Positions 57,088 to 64,000 of a DNA stretch of 64,000 bases are shown piece after piece; the stretch's first letter is position 1; every line of letters begins with the position of its first letter. This DNA is from Candidatus Binatia bacterium. Its GTDB lineage: Bacteria > Desulfobacterota > Binatia > HRBIN30. The position numbers and the translations under genes were made by a program. The notes beneath the pieces are model-generated. The model was not told the DNA's origin. It saw only the letters and a program-made list of their open reading frames with translations, and did no database searches. The stretch covers positions 353,941 through 417,940 of the forward strand of contig JBBRSP010000002.1 in the NCBI GenBank assembly GCA_038245295.1, read 5' to 3'.

Positions 57088-57459
57088 TCAGCGCCGCGGG
57101 GCGAGATGTTTCTGCACCTCGGACAGCAGCTTCTGCCGATCGAAAGGCTTGCAAATGAAGCCGTCGCAACCCCAGGCACTGGCGGTTTGTCCCATCGGGT
57201 CCCAGACGTGCGCCGTGACGGCGATGATCGGTGTATTCGATGTTTCCGGATCGTCGCGTACGGCGCTGATCAGTTGGACTCCGTTGACGCCCGGCATGCG
57301 CAGGTCGGTGATCACCAGATCAGGCTTGTAGAGCTTTACCTTGCGGATGCCGTCCTCGCCGCCAAGGGCGAGGATCGCGGTGTGGCCGGCCATCCTCAGC
57401 GTATGCTGGATGATGACGATGATGTCCCGGTCGTCCTCGACAACGACGATCTTGGCCAT
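57088..57459 (-). CDS. Single-domain response regulator (DivK/CheY-like)
   Basis: VVEDD, PDLVITDLRMP, IAVTA, GCDGFICKP. Confidence 0.9.
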   Translation of the reverse strand: MAKIVVVEDDRDIIVIIQHTLRMAGHTAILALGGEDGIRKVKLYKPDLVITDLRMPGVNGVQLISAVRDDPETSNTPIIAVTAHVWDPMGQTASAWGCDGFICKPFDRQKLLSEVQKHLAPRR

Positions 57460-57765
57460 ACAGTTAGTCTAACAGACCGGCGTCACGTTGGTATGGAGGG
57501 TCTCACAAATGGCCCATTGCCCGCCCGAGCTCCTGGACGCCTCCACGAGGTTTTGCCGTCGTCCAGTAGCCTGTTGGCGGCTGGCAGGTGGTGGATTCCA
57601 TCGCGGAGCGCGCCACTCCATGCCCGCCCTGACGCAGCAAAAGGGCGAGTTTCTACCGTCCGGCTGCACCCATCGCGGCACCGACTCGACTGTCATTTCG
57701 CGCCCGCGTCACTTTCGCATGACATCTGACCCAGTCGGGCAACACCTGTGAATGCACCGGGCTGG

Positions 57766-57781
57766 CGGCACCGCTCTTGCT
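57766..57781 (+). promoter_or_regulatory. Sigma54-type promoter of the HzsA-related gene
   Basis: CGGCACCGCTCTTGCT; GG-N10-GC; about 37 nt before ATG 57819. Confidence 0.6.
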
Positions 57782-57818
57782 CAACCAGCAACAGCGAAGT
57801 CGCAGGAGAGGGGGCCGG

Positions 57819-60800
57819 ATGGCCATGCAGAGCCGTTTCCGTCCGCGGGTGATTGCAGTCACCTTGATCGTTCTGGGTGCATTGGCTGTGGCGGCACACG
57901 CCGTCACGTATGACGTCGTCTACGTCCGCCAGCCGCGCTTCGGCGACAACACCAACACGACTTGGCCCGAGGTGGCTCATCCAGCCAGTATCGACCCGGG
58001 CGCCGACCTGATGCTTCTGCACCCCGACGGCAGCGAAGAGCTGCTTGTGGCCGGCGGCAGCGGCGCGGTTACCGATCCCTTCGTCTCGTTCGACGCCCAC
58101 TGGGTCTATTACGCTTATTTCCATGACGTCACCCCCGGCGGCTACAACAATCAGCGCGGCCTGCCGTACCAGGGCTCCGACCTCTTCCGCATCAATCTGG
58201 ATACGCGGCAGACCGAGCAACTCACCTTTGGCGGGTACTCGCCCAACACGGGTGCCGGAAACTGGGACGAGTCGGATCCACTCAACGGCTCCGGCGGTCA
58301 TGACTCGCTCGGCTACGGCATTCTCAATCTGGCGCCGGCACCGCTCGCCGGTGGCAAGATCGCCTTCACCAGCAACCGCAACGGCTTCATGCCGCCGCGT
58401 GGCCTGACCAGTCCAACGCTGCAACTGTTTGTCATGGATGCCGACGGCTCCAACGTCACCCAGATCGCGCCGATGAACATCGGCAGCGCCTTGCATCCGA
58501 CGCCACTGGTCGACGGCCGAATCACCTTCAGCAGTCTGGAGACCCAAGGGCTGCGCGATACGCGGATGTGGGGCATCTGGGCCATCCAGCCGGATGGGCG
58601 CTACTGGTCGCCGATCGTCAGCGCCTTCCACGAAGGCCAGGCGTTCCACTTCATGACGCAGCTCTCCAACACCGACCTCGTCGTTGTCGACTACTACAAC
58701 CTCAACAACAACGGCTTCGGCGCCCTCTATCGCATGCCGCTCAACCCGCCTGCCGGGACGCCGCGTTTCTTCAGTGCCTTCCCAGCCGACAATCCGCCGA
58801 TCCAGCAGACCGTTGGTGGTGGTTTCTCGTATCCGTTCCAGATGCCGTTCACGCCGCACGGCATGTATTCGATTGTGCCGTTCACCCACGGCCAAGACGA
58901 AGCCGCACCCATCGGCGCCGGTGGCGTGCGCGTCGGCAAGTTCACTCACCCGAGCGCCGCACCAGGAAACGATCTCCTGGTCGCGTGGACACCCGGTCCT
59001 GCCAACGACCTCAATCGCCCGACGACGATCCCGTTCTACAACTCCGGGATCTACCTCATCCCCGGCGGCAACGTCATCAACGCGCCGAGCGATCTGGTGC
59101 TCCTCAAGAACAGTCCGAACTACAATGAGGCTTGGCCACGAGCGGTTGTTTCGTATCGAGCCGTTCATGGCGTCGACGAACCGGCCAACCTGCCGTGGCT
59201 ACCCAACGACGGCAGCGAACACGCCGAGCTGCCCGCCGGGACACCGTACGGACTCGTCGGCACCAGCAGCTTCTACAAACGCGAGAGCTTTCCCGGCACC
59301 GTGCCGTCGTGGTCGAACACCTTCGACGGCCTCGACGCCTTCAACACCAGCGAGAACGGTCAGAGCAGCAACTGGGGTGTGCAGGGCGCCGATGCCGGCA
59401 AGTACTCGAACAGCGACATCTGGGCCGTGCGCATCCTGGCGATGGAGCCGGCATCACACCGCAGTTACGGCCCGAGCGGCGGACCCAGTGGCGGCCAATG
59501 GTATGCGAGCCACGCGATGGAGAGGCTGCGCATTCTCGGCGAGGTGCCGCTGCGCAAGTTCGCGATGGGCGGTAGCCCGATCCTCGATAGCGAAGGCAAT
59601 CCCGACACCAGCTTCCTCGCCAAGATCCCGGCTGATCAGCCGTTCACGTTCCAGACGCTCGATCGCAACGGCATGGTGCTCAACATGGCGCAGACCTGGC
59701 ACCAGGTGCGCCCTGGCGAGATGCGCAACGATTGCGGCGGCTGCCACGCCCACAGCCAGCAGCCGCTCAGCTTCGACAGCACGTACGCGGCGCAGCCGAG
59801 CTACACGGTGATGGACCTGACCAAGACGACACCGCTGCTCACCAAGGATCCGAGCGGCAACCCGTCGTTGCGCACCGTGAGCGTGCCAACGGTCAACGTC
59901 GAGTTCTTGCGCGATGTGCGGCCGATCCTGCAACGCAGTTGCGTTGGCTGTCACACCAAGAATGACCCGACGCCCCCCGGTGAATTGGTCCTCGACGATC
60001 TGACGCCGGTGACCGGCAACAACGGTGTCTCGCTACCGGGTGACTATGTGCGCCTGGCCGACGACTCCGATGCGCAATGGGGCTACCCGCCGGTGATCGA
60101 TAGTGGAGTGTGGCGCCAGACCAACGCCAGCCGCTACGTGCGCAGCTTCCAGAGCCGCCGGAGCCTTCTCGCGTGGAAGATCTTCGGCCAACGTCTCGAC
60201 GGTTGGACCAACGCCGATCACCCGACCGAGACAACGCTCGGCAACGCGGCGACGCTACCGGCTGGAGCGAACGCCAACGCCGCCGACATCGACTACACGG
60301 GCACGATCATGCCGCCGGCTGGCAGCGGCTACCCGGCGCTGACGATCGACGAGAAGATGACCATCGCACGCTGGATCGATCTCGGCTGCCCGATCGACTG
60401 GGGCCAGAACGGCTACGGCTGGTTCCTCGATGACCTGCGTCCGACGCTCGCCGTCAGCGCGCCGCGCGCCGGAGACAATCCGGTGTCTCTCAGCGAGATC
60501 GTTGTTGGCATGACCGACGCCGACAGCGGCGTAAACACTGCCTCGCTGTCGATCTACGTCGACGTGGCGATCAATGGGCGCGCCGCCGGCAGCGAGCTGA
60601 GCGATTTGGCCAGTGTGGCGGGCGACGGCATCTATCGTATCGCGTTGAGCCCAGCGCTCAGCGCCGTCACCGATGCGCATCTGCATGTCTCGGTGGCCGA
60701 CAATCAGGGCAACATCACTCGTGTCTTCCGCAAATTCTCGGTCGGCAGTGGCGGCCCGATGCCATCGCCGGCAACGCCGCCGGCGACCCGCACGCCGACG

Positions 60801-61253
60801 CCGACCAGGATCGCTACCGCGACACCCACGGTGTTGCACGACTCCGCCGTGCGCCCGCGGCGCACCATGCGCATTCACCTGCGCGCCGGCTTGAATGCGA
60901 TCGCCAAGACGTTGCGCATCAGCGTCCGCAACAATGATCTGCGCGAGAAACCAGGCCATGCCATTCAACTCATCGCGGCGCGCGGCACGTGTCCGGTTGG
61001 CTTGCTCAACGGGTTGCCTGACTTCAGCCGCGACGCGGGTGCCCAGGACCATCTCGTCGTGCGCGGTGGCCGTCGCAAAACAGCCCGTATCCCATTGCTC
61101 ATTCAAGCCGCCGACTTCACGACTCCGGATCCGACCGTGCCGCAAACCTGCACCCTGCAACTCAGCGCCGTCGGCCCCGGCAGCGATCCGACTCCGGGCG
61201 ACAATGTCACTACCGTCGAGGTGAGTGTCGTTGATGCGAATGATTTTCCGTGA
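57819..61253 (+). CDS. Secreted HzsA-related protein: TolB-like beta-propeller, hydrazine-synthase-alpha-like middle domain, two CxxCH heme motifs, PT linker and C-terminal Ig-like domain
   Basis: Signal peptide; DPFVSFD, IAFTSNR, FVMDADGSN; SFLAKIPADQPFTFQTLD..G....TW..VRPGE...CGGCH; F..DV.PIL...CVGCH; MPP......I.RWIDLG. Confidence 0.85.
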   Translation: MAMQSRFRPRVIAVTLIVLGALAVAAHAVTYDVVYVRQPRFGDNTNTTWPEVAHPASIDPGADLMLLHPDGSEELLVAGGSGAVTDPFVSFDAHWVYYAYFHDVTPGGYNNQRGLPYQGSDLFRINLDTRQTEQLTFGGYSPNTGAGNWDESDPLNGSGGHDSLGYGILNLAPAPLAGGKIAFTSNRNGFMPPRGLTSPTLQLFVMDADGSNVTQIAPMNIGSALHPTPLVDGRITFSSLETQGLRDTRMWGIWAIQPDGRYWSPIVSAFHEGQAFHFMTQLSNTDLVVVDYYNLNNNGFGALYRMPLNPPAGTPRFFSAFPADNPPIQQTVGGGFSYPFQMPFTPHGMYSIVPFTHGQDEAAPIGAGGVRVGKFTHPSAAPGNDLLVAWTPGPANDLNRPTTIPFYNSGIYLIPGGNVINAPSDLVLLKNSPNYNEAWPRAVVSYRAVHGVDEPANLPWLPNDGSEHAELPAGTPYGLVGTSSFYKRESFPGTVPSWSNTFDGLDAFNTSENGQSSNWGVQGADAGKYSNSDIWAVRILAMEPASHRSYGPSGGPSGGQWYASHAMERLRILGEVPLRKFAMGGSPILDSEGNPDTSFLAKIPADQPFTFQTLDRNGMVLNMAQTWHQVRPGEMRNDCGGCHAHSQQPLSFDSTYAAQPSYTVMDLTKTTPLLTKDPSGNPSLRTVSVPTVNVEFLRDVRPILQRSCVGCHTKNDPTPPGELVLDDLTPVTGNNGVSLPGDYVRLADDSDAQWGYPPVIDSGVWRQTNASRYVRSFQSRRSLLAWKIFGQRLDGWTNADHPTETTLGNAATLPAGANANAADIDYTGTIMPPAGSGYPALTIDEKMTIARWIDLGCPIDWGQNGYGWFLDDLRPTLAVSAPRAGDNPVSLSEIVVGMTDADSGVNTASLSIYVDVAINGRAAGSELSDLASVAGDGIYRIALSPALSAVTDAHLHVSVADNQGNITRVFRKFSVGSGGPMPSPATPPATRTPTPTRIATATPTVLHDSAVRPRRTMRIHLRAGLNAIAKTLRISVRNNDLREKPGHAIQLIAARGTCPVGLLNGLPDFSRDAGAQDHLVVRGGRRKTARIPLLIQAADFTTPDPTVPQTCTLQLSAVGPGSDPTPGDNVTTVEVSVVDANDFP

Positions 61254-61273
61254 CCGAGCCCCCGGTCGGCCTC

Positions 61274-61510
61274 GTCATCCCGGCGAAGGAGACTGTCGAT
61301 TTTCTCTGGAGGGGAGGTTCATCACCCCGGCGAACGAAACTGTCGATGAACTGAAATGAAGCAACGTCATCCCGGCGAAAGCCGGGATCTCCCAGTGCTG
61401 GGAGCCTCGAAAGCTGGGAAGATACCGGCTTTCGCCGGTATGACGGGGGTGTTCGCGCTGCTTCAAACGATGAATCAGAGAAAATCGACAGTCTCCTTCG
61501 CCGGGACGAC
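61274..61510. repeat. Copy of the palindromic core element with about 35-bp terminal inverted arms
   Basis: GTCATCCCGGCGAAGGAGACTGTCGATTTTCTCTG ... CAGAGAAAATCGACAGTCTCCTTCGCCGGGACGAC; interior matches 30131-30351. Confidence 0.85.
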
Positions 61511-61565
61511 GAAACAGCATCGTCGACTTCCCCCCATCGTCCGGTGCGGGTAGCCTGCGGTCTCA

Positions 61566-63485
61566 ATGCCCAGCCCGCGCCGAGCCACTGCCGCAAAATT
61601 CCTCCTCGGCCTCATCGCTGTCGTTGCCGTCCTCGGTGTCCTTGCAGTCCTTTTCCCAAAAGCAACGCGCCGCCCGCGCCAAGCCATCGAGCACTGGACC
61701 TCCAAGCTGACCCAGAGACTGCAACACCTACCGCAAACCAAACGCGCCATGCGCTGGGTGACGGCGCATCTGCCACACCGCAAAATCTGGCACACCAAGG
61801 CTGCCGACCACACCCCCAAGCTCACCTACGAAGACCGCCGCATCGGTTTCGTCGTCTTCCAACGCAGCACGTTGCTGCGCCTGGAGCGACGCACCAAGCC
61901 GCGTGAGGGCGAACATGCGACCCATGTTGCGCTGACGGCGGCGTGGAATGAGTACGAACCATTCCAGATCGGCGTCTTCGCCGCACGCGACCTGCGGCAG
62001 CTACGCGTGACCGTGAGTGAGCTGCACAACGACAATGCCGAGGTCCTCCCGGCGTCGGCCATCGAGGTTCGCCTCGAGCGCGACTATGCGGTGCCGCTGT
62101 CGATCCGCAAAGGCGGCCACTTTGGCGTCGTTCCAAAGACTCTCGAAGTCGCCTCGCCCATCGACGTGCCGCACGATACGACGCGCGCCTTCTGGGTGAC
62201 GGTCCACGTGCCCGAACATCAGCCGCCCGGCCTCTACAAAGGAACAATCGCCTTGGCCGACGTCGCCGGGTACCAGTCGCTCGAGCTGCAGCTGCGGGTC
62301 CTCCCGCTCGATCTCCAGGAACCCGATATTCTTTACGGGCCCCTCAGCCTCACCGTGCTGCGCAACCTCCCCAGCGGACGCAAACCAGAGCTCCGTCAGA
62401 CGATGCTGCGCGACGCCGACACGATCTTCCGCGACATTCGCGAGCACGGCATGAACACGATGAGTCTGTGGTCTGGCAAGCTATCGCGCGAGCAACACGG
62501 CGAGCCGCAGCTCGACGATCTCGATGCGGCGCTCGAGTTGTACAAGAAGTACAAATTCACCAAGCCGCTGATCTATGCGCCCGTAAATCTGCTGCGCACC
62601 AACAAGATCAATCGCTCGCAGAACTACCGCGGCTACGTCAGCAGCGACGCCATTCCCCTGGCGCAGAGAATCGCCCGCACCTACACCCAGAAGGCGCAAG
62701 CCGACGGCATGCCGGGCATCATCTTCGATGTCATCGAAGAGCCCAATCTGCGCAGTGGCATCGCACCCGGTGATCCGATCGATATTCGTCAAACGATCGC
62801 CAAGGAGTTGCTCCCGGCAATGAAGGCGGCGGGCGCGACGACGGCGATGACGTGTACACCCGACTCGATCCGCCCGGTCGCCGACTCCGTCGACTACTGG
62901 ATCGTTGCCTATCAGCGCTTCACGCCGCAGATCTACGAGATGGCGGCGGCGCACCACGCCCACCTGGCCCTCTACGCCAACGCCACGCTGACCGGCAACG
63001 GCACCTACTTCAGCCGCTTCTTCTTTGGCTACTTCGCCTGGGCGAATCACTTATCTGGTGTGCTGGCGTGGACCTACCCATTGGCCCCGAAGCGTTTCCC
63101 GACCAATGTCGGCGGCCGCGGCGAAGGAGGCCTGCACGTCGTCGACGGTTTCCTTGGCAGTGACGGCAAGCCGATCCCAACCATCCAGTGGGAGCTGGCG
63201 CGCGAAGGGATCGATGACGCAAAATATCTGGCGACGATCGAGTCGCTTCTGCCCGTCGCACGCCGCGCCGGTACGACGGCGGCATCGCAGGCCGCCGATG
63301 CGGCAAGTGCATTTCTCGGTCGCGTCCGCGCCCTGGTGCGTTCCGATCCGCGTCAGTACGTCTTCGAAAACCCGAAGACGTTCGAGGCCGAACCCTCGAT
63401 GGGCTGGGATGCAGCGCGCTTCGATGCGGTGCGCACCGAGTCGGCGCAAGTCCTCACGGCGCTGCTCGACGCGTCGTCCCCGTAG
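61566..63485 (+). CDS. Membrane-anchored glycoside-hydrolase-like protein (GH123/DUF4091-like)
   Basis: N-terminal TM; A.NEYEPFQ, FWVTVHVP....PGLYKG.I, L.VLP.DL, IEEP, PTIQWE..REGIDD.KYL. Confidence 0.75.
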   Translation: MPSPRRATAAKFLLGLIAVVAVLGVLAVLFPKATRRPRQAIEHWTSKLTQRLQHLPQTKRAMRWVTAHLPHRKIWHTKAADHTPKLTYEDRRIGFVVFQRSTLLRLERRTKPREGEHATHVALTAAWNEYEPFQIGVFAARDLRQLRVTVSELHNDNAEVLPASAIEVRLERDYAVPLSIRKGGHFGVVPKTLEVASPIDVPHDTTRAFWVTVHVPEHQPPGLYKGTIALADVAGYQSLELQLRVLPLDLQEPDILYGPLSLTVLRNLPSGRKPELRQTMLRDADTIFRDIREHGMNTMSLWSGKLSREQHGEPQLDDLDAALELYKKYKFTKPLIYAPVNLLRTNKINRSQNYRGYVSSDAIPLAQRIARTYTQKAQADGMPGIIFDVIEEPNLRSGIAPGDPIDIRQTIAKELLPAMKAAGATTAMTCTPDSIRPVADSVDYWIVAYQRFTPQIYEMAAAHHAHLALYANATLTGNGTYFSRFFFGYFAWANHLSGVLAWTYPLAPKRFPTNVGGRGEGGLHVVDGFLGSDGKPIPTIQWELAREGIDDAKYLATIESLLPVARRAGTTAASQAADAASAFLGRVRALVRSDPRQYVFENPKTFEAEPSMGWDAARFDAVRTESAQVLTALLDASSP

Positions 63486-63527
63486 CTGCTGGTTTCGGCT
63501 CCACGGCCGGCACTCCGCGCTGACCAG

Positions 63528-64000
63528 CTACCGCCGAGACCGCTTGGCTGCTGCCTCAAGCTCGCGGACTCGGGCAAGCGCGGCTTCCTTCGCGGCACGC
63601 TCGTTACTGAGCAACGCCAGAACGGTTGCCGCCTCAGCTTGCTGCCGCTCAACCAACTCCAGCGCGGCTTCCTTGGCTTCTCGCTCCCGCTCCTTGGCTC
63701 CGCGCTCCTGCTCCTTGGCTTCGCGTTCGTGTTCCTTGTCGAGACGCTCGCTCGCTGCCTCTTCTTCCGGAGTCGCCAGCAACTCGTCGCCACGCACACC
63801 CGTGGCCACACGCAGGCGGGTTTCGCCGTTGTCGCCGACCACCCGTAGCCAGCAAGCCAGGACCTTGGAGCGAACGCGATCGCCATTGGTCGCTTCGATG
63901 CGCACCAGGCCGCGTTTACCGATGCGCCGGAACACCTGCCAGCGCAGGCGCTGTTTGTTGAGGCGATAGTCAGGATCGAACAGGATCAGTTCTTTGATGC
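63528..64000 (-). CDS. Uma2 (DUF820) family PD-(D/E)XK nuclease-like protein with coiled-coil tail (5' partial)
   Basis: IKELILFDP...S.VL..WL....LR......LL.TPEE followed by EREAKE repeats and ARVRELEA. Confidence 0.8.
   Translation of the reverse strand, partial: IKELILFDPDYRLNKQRLRWQVFRRIGKRGLVRIEATNGDRVRSKVLACWLRVVGDNGETRLRVATGVRGDELLATPEEEAASERLDKEHEREAKEQERGAKEREREAKEAALELVERQQAEAATVLALLSNERAAKEAALARVRELEAAAKRSRR

Noticed and set aside
45065..59811. Long antisense or alternate-frame ORFs (e.g. 45065-46546, 55510-57006, 57693-59168, 58684-59811)
   Set aside because: Shadow ORFs expected in high-GC DNA opposite well-supported genes; Arg/Ala-rich with no motifs.
57819..61253. Anammox hydrazine synthase
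   Set aside because: No hzsB/hzsC or other anammox genes; only domain-level resemblance, plus extra C-terminal domains.
4204..61510. CRISPR array suggested by recurring palindromes
   Set aside because: The repeats are dispersed or nested, with no regular repeat-unique spacer periodicity and no cas genes.

Overview
This is a GC-rich bacterial chromosomal window. Its gene content (Pro/Thr-linker and Cys-rich secreted proteins, many sigma54 promoters, lipid-catabolic SDR/ACAD/thiolase genes) suggests a Binatota/Myxococcota-like deltaproteobacterium; that assignment is inference only. Main content: (1) a sigma54 two-component system divergent from pspA, followed by envelope and secreted-protein genes; (2) housekeeping and catabolic genes (ilvB, dus, tRNA-Ser(GCT), folK, gcvR-like, tatA, and an ACAD/SDR/HMGCS-DUF35/thiolase cluster); (3) a decaying accessory region at about 33-41 kb with a 218-bp direct repeat around an uncharacterised two-gene cassette; (4) a 15-kb phosphate locus (tonB-exbB-exbD-exbD, putative porin, pstSCAB-phoU-phoB-phoR, convergent DUF47-pit) with three 11-bp-period Pho-box arrays; (5) a large secreted HzsA-related two-heme protein, a DUF4091/GH123-like protein and a partial Uma2 nuclease. 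Best leads: a Pho-box-preceded TonB motor whose only visible outer-membrane partner is a plug-less porin; a 262-bp MITE with terminal inverted repeats and a 10-bp target duplication that appears to insert into another palindromic repeat family; the repeat-bounded two-gene cassette; the HzsA-like protein; and two sub-60-aa ORFs behind sigma54-type promoters. All family assignments come from motif recognition by eye, with no database searches.
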